Source of the DNA: Minisyncoccia bacterium
Lineage (GTDB): Bacteria; Patescibacteriota; Minisyncoccia; Phycocordibacterales; Phycocordibacteraceae
Length of the DNA stretch: 34,394 nucleotides
Direction of reading: 5' to 3'
Assembly: GCA_041623915.1 (NCBI GenBank)
Contig: JBFJWB010000003.1
Span: 1-34,394, forward strand
Position 1 is the stretch's first letter, and each line of letters begins with the position of its first letter. This document shows positions 26,138-34,394 of this stretch, in pieces. The notes under the pieces were generated by a model, which did not search any database, was not told where the DNA came from, and worked only from the letters and a program-made list of their open reading frames with translations. The position numbers and the translations under genes were made by a program.

Positions 26138-26617
26138 ATGAAAAGAGTTTCTTCATGGGCGATACTCCTACTTACTTTTCTGGGTCTTGCAGATTCAATC
26201 TATCTTTTCCGTAGTGAGATTATGGGCGCACCTCTTCTATGTGACTTGTCCGCAGTTACTGGATGCAACATCGTCGCGCAGAGTCCTTACTCTCAGATAT
26301 TTGGTTTTCCAATTGCCGGATATGGTGTGATTTTCTACAGCTTGTTGTTTATTGTTGTTGCACTAGAGCTCGCGCTTTTCCACTATAAAACTAGACGTAT
26401 CATACAAGGAATGGCTGTATTCGGCCTTATTTCTTCAGTGTACTTTGTACTATTGCAGATATTTGTAATTAAAGCGCTTTGCGTATATTGCATCGCTTCT
26501 GCTGTCCTAGTGGTATTAATTTTTATGCTGGCGTCTACTCTAGAGCCTATTCGTGTAAGTAAAGCGCATAACACTTCTTCTCCGTCTAAGTCACTTGCTA
26601 TGCCACCTTCTGTATAA
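26138..26617 (+). CDS. Vitamin K epoxide reductase (VKOR) family membrane protein
   Basis: GLADSIYL, C-x7-C..V..SPYS, C-terminal CVYC (CxxC) in TM; start at ATG 26138. Confidence 0.92.
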   Translation: MKRVSSWAILLLTFLGLADSIYLFRSEIMGAPLLCDLSAVTGCNIVAQSPYSQIFGFPIAGYGVIFYSLLFIVVALELALFHYKTRRIIQGMAVFGLISSVYFVLLQIFVIKALCVYCIASAVLVVLIFMLASTLEPIRVSKAHNTSSPSKSLAMPPSV

Positions 26618-26625
26618 TGGTGTGT

Positions 26626-27768
26626 ATGCGTACATCTTTTGTCTTCGCAGTCGCATTGCTTTTCCCTGTACATGTCTATGCGATAAATTCGCCTACGTTT
26701 TCAGCAGATAGAAGTTTGTTGGTTGCACAAGTAGAACCGGGTAACGTTTATGCTGTAGGAGCTAGTGTGGCAGTAACCACTCCTGTTACTGGAGACCTTA
26801 ATGCATTTGGCGGTTCAGTTATAGTTACTTCGCCTGTAACAGAAGATGTGTTTTTGACCGGTGGATCCGTATCATTACGCGCTCCAGTTGCTGGAGATGC
26901 GCGTCTTTTCGGAGGGTCGTTGTCAATAGAACAGTCTGTAGAAGGGGATCTTGTGGCGTTCGGAGCTTCTGTTATTGATACTGTTGGCGGAGCACAGGAT
27001 GTTTTCGTGGTAGGTGCTCATGTGGCACTTCTTGCAGGAGCAAAAGGGCCAGTTACTGTGTACGGAAATACCGTAACGCTTGAAGGTAGTTTTGCTGGAG
27101 ATGTGCACGTTATAGCAAGTGGACAAGTAATTCTTGCAGAAGAAACTATGATTCATGGGGTACTTTCCTATGAATCACCAGAGAAAGCACGTATACCGGA
27201 ATCTGTACTTATTGCAGGAGGAGTGAAGTATCAAGGTCCTTCTTACTTGCCTACGACAGATCAAGCAAAAGCGCTCATACTTGCAAGTTTTGGAGTCTTT
27301 TTATTTGTACGCTTTCTTGCTGCAATTATTCTGGCAGGACTTATCGCTGGGCTGTTTCCAGCCCTTTCTAACGCTGTGGCTGATCGTTTGTTCTCCCGCC
27401 CAATGCGCAATATTGTACTTGCGACAATGCTAGGTTTTGCTGTTGTCGTTACAACTCCGGTACTACTCTTTTTATTAGCACTTACGTTTGTAGGGCTCGG
27501 CATAGCATTTTTGCTATCCGCAGTATATGCGTTACTTATCATACTTTCTTTTGTATATGCAGGTATTTTGATCGGAGCGTTTATTGCACGCAAGTTCTTA
27601 AGACGCACAGTCATACTCTGGCGTGATGCAGTGCTTGGAATGCTAACAATATCTTTCATTGGATTAATTCCTGTATTTGGCGGACTGCTCATATTTTTAC
27701 TTGTATTTTTCTCGGCAGGAGCGCTTACTTTGATATTCTTCCAATACGCATTTAATAACACAAAGTAA
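26626..27768 (+). CDS. Exported beta-helix repeat (bactofilin/polymer-forming-like) protein with C-terminal multi-TM domain
   Basis: Signal peptide; about 15-aa repeats GD(L/V)xxxGGSVxxxxPV; about 5 C-terminal TM helices. Confidence 0.75.
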   Translation: MRTSFVFAVALLFPVHVYAINSPTFSADRSLLVAQVEPGNVYAVGASVAVTTPVTGDLNAFGGSVIVTSPVTEDVFLTGGSVSLRAPVAGDARLFGGSLSIEQSVEGDLVAFGASVIDTVGGAQDVFVVGAHVALLAGAKGPVTVYGNTVTLEGSFAGDVHVIASGQVILAEETMIHGVLSYESPEKARIPESVLIAGGVKYQGPSYLPTTDQAKALILASFGVFLFVRFLAAIILAGLIAGLFPALSNAVADRLFSRPMRNIVLATMLGFAVVVTTPVLLFLLALTFVGLGIAFLLSAVYALLIILSFVYAGILIGAFIARKFLRRTVILWRDAVLGMLTISFIGLIPVFGGLLIFLLVFFSAGALTLIFFQYAFNNTK

Positions 27769-27790
27769 CGTTTGTTATAATAAACAGAGT

Positions 27791-28261
27791 ATGACACCTC
27801 CTCCTGTAGGCACTCTTGCTCCGGACTTCATTCTGCCTGATCAAGAAGGCATAAAACACACCCTTTCCTTATATAAAGGAAAATGGGTATTGTTATATTT
27901 TTATCCAAAAGATAATACCCCAGGGTGCACCATTGAAGCATGTACAATAAGAGATCAATTTAAGAACTTTGAAGATATCGGCGCTGTAGTATTAGGAGTT
28001 TCTACAGATTCAGTAGAAAGCCACAAGAAGTTCAAGGAAACGTACGCAATACCATTTAATCTTCTATCCGATAAAAATAAAGAAGTAGTTGGCCGTTATG
28101 GTGTCTTTGGAGAGAGGAAATTTATGGGCCGTACATATATGGGAATTAGTCGTACATCGTTCCTTATAAATCCAGAAGGAGAGATTGTTAAGATGTATGA
28201 GAAAGTTAAACCAGCAAAACACGCTACAGAAGTACTTGAAGACCTCTCAGAATATTCATGA
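27791..28261 (+). CDS. bcp: Thioredoxin-dependent peroxiredoxin Bcp
   Basis: APDF.LPDQ, LYFYPKDNTPGCTIEAC, GVSTDS.ESH, RTSFLINPEG. Confidence 0.95.
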   Translation: MTPPPVGTLAPDFILPDQEGIKHTLSLYKGKWVLLYFYPKDNTPGCTIEACTIRDQFKNFEDIGAVVLGVSTDSVESHKKFKETYAIPFNLLSDKNKEVVGRYGVFGERKFMGRTYMGISRTSFLINPEGEIVKMYEKVKPAKHATEVLEDLSEYS

Positions 28262-28926
28262 GTACGAAACAAATGACTGAACGTAAGGCGCGTACGAAGA
28301 AAATGCTTGAGTACTTAAAGAAAAAGTATCCAAAACCAGAAAGTGAACTCGCATATGATACGCCAATGCAGTTTGTCGCTTCTGTTATCTTGTCAGCACA
28401 ATGTACCGATAAGAATGTAAACAGGGTTACAGATACTTTATGGAAAAAATATAAAACATCAAAGGATTTTGCAAAAGCAGACCATACAGTATTTACAAAG
28501 GAAATATCTTCTGTCCCGTTCTTCCGCAATAAAGCGAATGCGATTATTGGCTCGGCAATCATCATAGAGAATGAATATGGTGGCACAGTACCAAAGACCG
28601 AGAAGGAGCTTGTCGCACTTCCCGGTATTGGATACAAGACCGCGCACGTCATCTTAGGGGAGGTGTATAAGGTGTGGGAGGGAATTGCTACAGATACGCA
28701 TGTGAAGCGTTTCGCAAAGCGTTTTGATCTAACCGATAACGATGATCTTACAAAAATCTCTAAAGATTTAGAAGAACTCATTCCAAAGAAAGACTGGAAA
28801 TATGTAAACAACGGATTTGTGCTTTATGGTAGGTACGTATGCTCGGCACGTCCACACGAATGTATTGATCATCCGCTCACGAAGATTTGGCCAAAGTCGG
28901 CAACACGCTGGCCAAAAGCTAAATGA
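28258..28926 (+). CDS. nth: Endonuclease III (HhH-GPD glycosylase), Fe-S motif degenerate
   Basis: ILSAQCTD, LPGIGYKTA (HhH, catalytic K), DTHVKR; C-terminal C-x6-C-x2-H-x5-W. Confidence 0.93.
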   Translation: MSTKQMTERKARTKKMLEYLKKKYPKPESELAYDTPMQFVASVILSAQCTDKNVNRVTDTLWKKYKTSKDFAKADHTVFTKEISSVPFFRNKANAIIGSAIIIENEYGGTVPKTEKELVALPGIGYKTAHVILGEVYKVWEGIATDTHVKRFAKRFDLTDNDDLTKISKDLEELIPKKDWKYVNNGFVLYGRYVCSARPHECIDHPLTKIWPKSATRWPKAK

Positions 28927-28940
28927 GGTATCATAGAGCA

Positions 28941-29630
28941 ATGGATAAACGTCCAGTAGCAGTATTTGATATAGACGGAACAATTTTTCGCTCTTCGCTC
29001 TTATTAGAGCTCGTAGAACGACTAATAGAGAAAGGTATTTTCCCGCCATATACACGTAACGTATATGAAGAAGATCGTCTGAAATGGTTAGACAGAGAAG
29101 GTGATTATCAAAAGTACATACTTAGTGTTGTTACTGCATTTGAATTGCAAATTAAAGGAATGCCATTTGCAGATGTTGCAGATGTTGCTGGGGAAATTAT
29201 AGAAGAGCAACGCAATAGAGTTTATAGGTACACTCGCGATTACATTAAAAAGTTAAAAGATGAAGGGTATTTTCTATTAGCAATATCGCATTCTCCAAAG
29301 TTTATCGTTGATGGATTTGGCTACGAGACAGGCATTGATAAAACGTATGGAGTGTTCTACACAACTGGAGCCAGCAATCAATTTACTGGCGACATGGAAG
29401 ACCGTGATTTGATTATGAACAAGTCTGCCGTACTACAGCGTGCGTTACGTAAAGAGAATCTGACACTTGAAGGTTCCGTGATTGTGGGGGACACGGAAAG
29501 TGATATCCCCATGCTTGAGATGGCGACGACTCCAATTGCTTTTAATCCAAATCAGAAGCTCTATACTCACGCAAAAAGGCGTGGATGGAGGGTTGTCGTG
29601 GAGCGCAAGGATGTGGTGTACGAGCTTTGA
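28941..29630 (+). CDS. HAD-IB family phosphatase
   Basis: FDIDGT, ISHSP, K, GDTESD, AFNPN; start reassigned to ATG 28941. Confidence 0.92.
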   Translation: MDKRPVAVFDIDGTIFRSSLLLELVERLIEKGIFPPYTRNVYEEDRLKWLDREGDYQKYILSVVTAFELQIKGMPFADVADVAGEIIEEQRNRVYRYTRDYIKKLKDEGYFLLAISHSPKFIVDGFGYETGIDKTYGVFYTTGASNQFTGDMEDRDLIMNKSAVLQRALRKENLTLEGSVIVGDTESDIPMLEMATTPIAFNPNQKLYTHAKRRGWRVVVERKDVVYEL

Positions 29631-29664
29631 TGTACTTTCCTTATGAAGAAAAGATAGTTAAAGA

Positions 29665-29695
29665 AAAACGCGGTGGTTAACAACCACCGCGTTTT
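29665..29695. terminator. Bidirectional terminator (HAD / rnj)
   Basis: AAAACGCGGTGGTT-aac-AACCACCGCGTTTT. Confidence 0.85.
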
Positions 29696-29726
29696 CAACC
29701 GCATTAATTCTTAAGAATTAAGTTTC

Positions 29727-31646
29727 TTACATTCCGATTAATACCGGAATCACCATCGGCGCCTTATTTGTTCGCGAGAACAAATAACCAGTCATAACAT
29801 CGGATAGATTATTTTTTACATAATCAAGATCAACCGGATTCATGCCACGCGTTGAATCCTCAACGGTTTTCTTGATTAGCAGACGAGCTTGATTTAGAAG
29901 ATCTTGTGACTCACGCAAATAGATAAATCCACGAGATATTATATCTGGAGACTTGCGCAATTTCCCAGTTTTAAGGTTAATGCTTGCAATGATTACAAAC
30001 ATTCCATCCTTGGCAAGCGCTTGGCGATCACGAATAACAATCTCTTGCATGTCGCCAACGGTAAATCCATCTACCACCATAGGTGCAGAAGGTACTTTTT
30101 GCTTGTGTACTGTCATGGTCTCTCCTTTCTCAATGTCAATTACATTACCGTTGTCTGCAAGGACAATGTTCTCTCTAGGAAATCCGGACTGCTCTACTGC
30201 CTTGGCGTGGCAAGCTGTCATTGAACGATAACCATAACTTGGCATGAAGAAAGTAGGATGAACTTGCTTGTTTATCCATATTAATTCTCCGGTGTTACCG
30301 TGACCTGTAGAGTGTACGTCACTAGAGCGATAGTGAATGAGAGTGACGTTGTTTCGGTACAGGTTGTCTTTTAATTTTTGTACATTTATCTCGTTCCCCG
30401 GAATGACAGATGAAGAAAGTACAATGGTGTCGCGCTCTGTAAGTGTGATGAATTTATGTTGCTTCGTTGCAATACGCATAAGTGCAGCAAACTCCTCGCC
30501 TTGTGCTCCAGTAGACAGGATGACTATCTTGTCTGGCGGATAATCACCTATAGCTTGCGCTGGAATAACGGTGTCCTTAGATACCTTTAGTAATCCGGTC
30601 TTCTCGGCGATTTCAAGATTTGTCTTCATGGAGCGACCCTCTGTGACAACTTTCTTACCAAGCTTCTCTGCTGTCTGGATAATTTGAATCATTCGCTCAA
30701 ACTGCGATGCAAATGTGCCAATTATCAAGCGCCCCTTCACTGTCTTTATAATGTCAGCAAGAGTTTCATGAACTCGGCTTTCTGGAATTGAGAATCCATC
30801 TCGTTCTGCATTTGTAGAATCAGCAATGAAGAATATATTTTTATCTTTGCCAATGTCACCCCACGTTTTCGTCTCTTTTTCAGATGGGATTCCATCCTGA
30901 TGATCAAGTTTTAAGTCGCCAGTGACAACAATATTCCCATGAGGAGTTTCAATAGAGACTCCCATCGAGTCTGGAATAGAGTGTGTAACAGGGAAGAACT
31001 TCACTCTTGTGGACCCTATTACCATAGATTGACCGGCCTCTACTGTAACTACCTCTAATTTCGGCACATCAGGATACTCTTCCTGTCTACGTTGGATCAT
31101 CACAGATGTAAGTGATTGCGTGTAGATTGGCGGTGTGCCAAATCGTGGCATTACGAACGGGATACCTCCAATGTGATCAAGGTGTCCATGAGTGATGATT
31201 ACACCCTTTACACGGTCTTTATTCTTCTCAAGATATTTTGTGTTTGGTAGAAGATAGTCAACGCCAGGACCACTGTCTTCGGAAACAAATTGGAAGCCAG
31301 CGTCCATTACAAAAATGTCACCAGTAGCCCCAACTTCAATGGCGACCATGTTGCGACCAACCTCCTCAATTCCTCCTAGTGGGACAATACGAAGAGTGTC
31401 TGGACCTGCTGGATCTGGGTAGTAGTCTGGTACGCGCCCTCTGCGAGCTGTGTTTGAGGTGGGCCGTCTAAGCATTCGTTCAATGCGACGACGTGCACCG
31501 CCTGGGCGTGATCCTTCACGCTTAGGTCCGGATCGTACTCCAGAATGGGGAGATACTCTTCGTTGATTGGGAGAATGTCCGGCACGATGATTTTCTGTTC
31601 GTTGTGCTCGCGGTTTAGGTGCGGGCGCTGGTGCTGATGCTGTCAT
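29727..31646 (-). CDS. rnj: Ribonuclease J
   Basis: PLGGIEEVGRNM, THGHLDHIG, HSIPD, DSTNAE, TGAQGE, HSTGH, SRGFIY. Confidence 0.96.
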   Translation of the reverse strand: MTASAPAPAPKPRAQRTENHRAGHSPNQRRVSPHSGVRSGPKREGSRPGGARRRIERMLRRPTSNTARRGRVPDYYPDPAGPDTLRIVPLGGIEEVGRNMVAIEVGATGDIFVMDAGFQFVSEDSGPGVDYLLPNTKYLEKNKDRVKGVIITHGHLDHIGGIPFVMPRFGTPPIYTQSLTSVMIQRRQEEYPDVPKLEVVTVEAGQSMVIGSTRVKFFPVTHSIPDSMGVSIETPHGNIVVTGDLKLDHQDGIPSEKETKTWGDIGKDKNIFFIADSTNAERDGFSIPESRVHETLADIIKTVKGRLIIGTFASQFERMIQIIQTAEKLGKKVVTEGRSMKTNLEIAEKTGLLKVSKDTVIPAQAIGDYPPDKIVILSTGAQGEEFAALMRIATKQHKFITLTERDTIVLSSSVIPGNEINVQKLKDNLYRNNVTLIHYRSSDVHSTGHGNTGELIWINKQVHPTFFMPSYGYRSMTACHAKAVEQSGFPRENIVLADNGNVIDIEKGETMTVHKQKVPSAPMVVDGFTVGDMQEIVIRDRQALAKDGMFVIIASINLKTGKLRKSPDIISRGFIYLRESQDLLNQARLLIKKTVEDSTRGMNPVDLDYVKNNLSDVMTGYLFSRTNKAPMVIPVLIGM

Positions 31647-31731
31647 AAATAAAATACAATTAATTAAGTTTCTGATAGAAAACAGAGAGCAGAAAGCTGT
31701 TAATAAAGAACGTTCTGCATGCTAACTTCTA

Positions 31732-33447
31732 TCACTTCACAAAAACTGGCCACACAGTATCAGATGTAACGTGCCACTTCTCTACTCCAGCAAACCTATC
31801 AGCCGGAGTCGTTATTTGTGGTAAGAGTACACCACGTAGCGCTTCAGGTACTGTATATACAAAGTCTGGCGCTTGTATAAATGCAGCAGGATACTCATCA
31901 GCAATGATGTCATTGATTTTCTGAAGCACCTCAATACGATCTTCTCCTCCGTTTGTTGCGCGCACTTCCTCAAGTAGTGAATCTATATTTTTGTTTGTAT
32001 ACAACGCTATGTTTAGTCCCGGATCATTCCGTTCGGCAGAGTGCCAAAAAGCGTATAGATCATGACTTTGTCCAATAACCATACCAAACAAGAGAGCCTC
32101 ATATTTCCGTGGGCGTATTACGTTCTGGTTAAGGTCTCCTGGCTCATAGAGTTCTATGTCTGTCGTGACGCCTAGTTTTTCCCAGTTCTCTTTTACAGCT
32201 GTGGCCATAGCTTTCAATTCAGGTACGTTTGATGTGCGTATGGTTAGTGTTTGCAGAGAGAGATCTTTCTTCTTCCAAGCACGTGCGTCTGCATTGTATG
32301 TCCACCCTGCTGACTGTAATATGTTTGCAGCTTCTGTCACTAAGTTTGTGTTGTGCGCCACTGGAGTTGATTTAACTCCAGAACCTGGGGGTACAGGGCC
32401 CATTATTGCTGTAGCATATCCGCCAAGAACATTTTCAACTATGCCGTTACGGTCTACAGCTACAGAAAGAGCCTTGCGTACTTCAATATGTGTGAACAGT
32501 TGATTTTGGTTTGAGTTAAAGAATACTCCAAATATACGTGCGTATGGCGCAGTAAGAGTGTGTTGTGTAGACACTCCATATGCACTGTCTACAAGACCCT
32601 TCTCTATGGCGCCAACCAAATCAGCTGTGCGTGAGAAGAATACAAATTTTATGTTTGAAAGGTACGGCTTACCAAGTACATAGTGTTTGTTTGCAGATAG
32701 TTTGTAGGAAGTAATTAATCCATCGCTATTACGCTCCACTTTCTTAACAACAAATGGCCCAGCCCCTACTGGGATTACTTGCAAGTTTACGAAAGGGAAC
32801 TCTTCGTCAAAGATGTCACTCCAGAGTCGTTTCGGTAAAATGCCAAGCGTTAGGTTCTCTAAGAATGGAGCGTATGGTTTTTGCAATGTGAAACGCACGG
32901 TACGTGAGTCAACAGCTTCAGCAATGACACCGTTCCAATCAGTAAATACAGGACTCTTTATTGCTGGATCCTGAGCTTTTTCTATTGTGAATACAACATC
33001 ACCAGCAGTAACAGATGTGCCATCAGAAAACACCGCATCTTCTTTTATTACAAACGTATATTCTCTACCATCTTCTGAGATCTCATAACTTTCTGCAAGT
33101 ACTTCACGTATGTCCCCGTTAGGAGAAAGCCCCATTAGGCCTGCATAAGTAAGAGCAGTCAGATCTCTGTCAGCGTCAGTAATTGCCAAGAGTGGATTTA
33201 CAAAACGAGGGCTACCAAGCACTCCTTCAGTAAGTGTTCCACCATGCGCAGGTATTTCTACAAGAAGTGACTTCTCAAGTGTGAATAGCGCTCCGAAACT
33301 GAAGATTATTAGTGCTCCAGCAAGAACAAAGAATATGAACCTATCTCCAAGCGAGAGTTGGGAAACGTAATAATCAATCCGTTGTATAAACGGTACTGTT
33401 CTATGTTTCGTCATCGCAAAGCGATGATTCCCTTGCTTTAAGATCAT
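31732..33447 (-). CDS. Family 5 (OppA/DppA-like) ABC substrate-binding protein with N-terminal TM anchor
   Basis: GGTLTEG, LAESYEISEDG..YTF, FSDG..VTA.DVVFT, PVGAGPF, VRKALS.AVDR; start 33447 or 33414. Confidence 0.9.
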   Translation of the reverse strand: MILKQGNHRFAMTKHRTVPFIQRIDYYVSQLSLGDRFIFFVLAGALIIFSFGALFTLEKSLLVEIPAHGGTLTEGVLGSPRFVNPLLAITDADRDLTALTYAGLMGLSPNGDIREVLAESYEISEDGREYTFVIKEDAVFSDGTSVTAGDVVFTIEKAQDPAIKSPVFTDWNGVIAEAVDSRTVRFTLQKPYAPFLENLTLGILPKRLWSDIFDEEFPFVNLQVIPVGAGPFVVKKVERNSDGLITSYKLSANKHYVLGKPYLSNIKFVFFSRTADLVGAIEKGLVDSAYGVSTQHTLTAPYARIFGVFFNSNQNQLFTHIEVRKALSVAVDRNGIVENVLGGYATAIMGPVPPGSGVKSTPVAHNTNLVTEAANILQSAGWTYNADARAWKKKDLSLQTLTIRTSNVPELKAMATAVKENWEKLGVTTDIELYEPGDLNQNVIRPRKYEALLFGMVIGQSHDLYAFWHSAERNDPGLNIALYTNKNIDSLLEEVRATNGGEDRIEVLQKINDIIADEYPAAFIQAPDFVYTVPEALRGVLLPQITTPADRFAGVEKWHVTSDTVWPVFVK

Positions 33448-33683
33448 GCTCCTTGCAGAAGGAAGTTCGCTATAGCCGCTACAACAAAGAGAATCGCGAT
33501 AACAATCGTCGCGTTAAATAGAAACTTCTCAGCGCCCCTGCGCTTGTAGAAAGTAGACGCGAAATTATCTCCTCCAAAAGCTCCTCCTAACGATGCACCG
33601 CGCTGTTGAAGCACGATTCCTGCAATGAGGAGTATTGAGAGTATGATTTCCGCGTATGGCAGTACCGATACGAGTGCCTCCAT
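33444..33683 (-). CDS. secG: Preprotein translocase subunit SecG
   Basis: IVLQQRGASLGGAFGG, RRGAEKFL..AT; 2 TM; start at ATG 33683. Confidence 0.95.
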   Translation of the reverse strand: MEALVSVLPYAEIILSILLIAGIVLQQRGASLGGAFGGDNFASTFYKRRGAEKFLFNATIVIAILFVVAAIANFLLQGA

Positions 33684-33961
33684 CTGTACAAAGGAGAATA
33701 CCACGGGGATGGGGTGGGGCGCAAGATACGGCAAAAGGAAAAGTCAGAATGCGAATCAAGCAAGTAAACAAAGCATTTAATCACCTAATAAGCAAAAGGA
33801 AAGGAATTACCAATCGTACGCAGAAGTACTCAAAACTAATCAGCTTCCATCACTTTTTGTGCAACCCGCGGGCAACCGCGGCATTACTAGTGGGGAGTAG
33901 TACAGGAACAAAGTGATGATGGTAAACACACTGCGGTGGCGGCGTGTTTGTTGTGGCCAAA

Positions 33962-34002
33962 CAAAAGAAAAGACCGCCCAGAGGAAGTCTTCCTTGGGCG
34001 GT
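33962..34002 (-). terminator. Terminator of the upstream minus-strand gene
   Basis: Minus strand ACCGCCCAAGGAA-gac-TTCCT(C)TGGGCGGT followed by CTTTTCTTTTG. Confidence 0.75.
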
Positions 34003-34016
34003 GCATGCAACCTTAT

Positions 34017-34394
34017 CTAAGGATCTTGCGCATCCTCGTGTCTCGTAAGGAACTCTGTGGCGGCTGGGCAAGGGCCCATTTCCACACACTCCTTTGTCGC
34101 GTTATGGAACTGAAGGTAATCAATCTCCACAGGTTCGCCTTTTTCCATCAGCTCAGTAACCGCTAATCGGTCGATTTTCATCCAAGTACGTACCTCTTCT
34201 TGTAAGGATTCAGCCGGGGTTCGTTGGTTCTCGAAATGGTCACGAGGGAGCTCCAAATGCACTGCTTCATGTGCTAATGCAACGGCGAAGCTGTTTTTCT
34301 GCATCCGGTTGAAACCAGAGCCGACGTCTCCTTGCACGCGAATCCACATGAGAAGACGCTTCGCAGAGATGTCAATAATCGGCATCCCGTCGGA
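34017..34394 (-). CDS. Hypothetical protein with HExxH zincin-like motif (probably 5'-truncated by window edge)
   Basis: LAHEAVHLE then EE about 20 aa later; frame open to window end; terminator downstream. Confidence 0.6.
   Translation of the reverse strand, partial: SDGMPIIDISAKRLLMWIRVQGDVGSGFNRMQKNSFAVALAHEAVHLELPRDHFENQRTPAESLQEEVRTWMKIDRLAVTELMEKGEPVEIDYLQFHNATKECVEMGPCPAATEFLTRHEDAQDP

Noticed and set aside
33735-33960. Possible small gene or ncRNA upstream of secG (includes a CCGCGG-gcaa-CCGCGG hairpin)
   Set aside because: No ORF with convincing start signals or composition, and a single hairpin is not enough.
1-34394. Alternative genetic code (TGA=Gly, code 25), introns, inteins, programmed frameshifts
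   Set aside because: TGA terminates genes at expected lengths (rplE, secG, nth, adk), and all conserved genes are intact and of normal size.

Overview
Core-genome segment of a reduced bacterium, very likely CPR/Patescibacteria (Parcubacteria-like). This inference rests on the absence of rpmD/uL30 between rpsE and rplO, the lack of Shine-Dalgarno motifs on core genes, and the gene content; translation table 11 fits. Bases 248-17333 hold fusA, tuf, the S10-spc ribosomal protein cluster, secY, adk and map. The cluster is broken into several transcription units by palindrome-flanked accessory inserts: a DoxX gene between rpsJ and rplC, and two antisense orphan genes between rplB and rpsS, each ending in an identical 24-bp palindrome. 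Next come ndk, a compact 6S-RNA-like ncRNA, a beta-CASP RNase, infC-rpmI-rplT, a membrane-anchored PLD/OB-fold nuclease, two exported orphan proteins and a 59-aa membrane peptide with a structured leader (missed by the ORF track). An oxidative-repair cluster follows (msrA, inserted nucleotidyltransferase, msrB, VKOR, beta-helix membrane protein, bcp, nth with a degenerate Fe-S motif, HAD). The window ends with secG-SBP-rnj and a truncated HExxH protein. Three translation-initiation architectures coexist: leaderless genes, hairpin plus U-rich leaders on core genes, and SD-led accessory genes. No CRISPR, tRNA, rRNA or transposase was seen. All calls are by eye; no database searches or folding programs were run.
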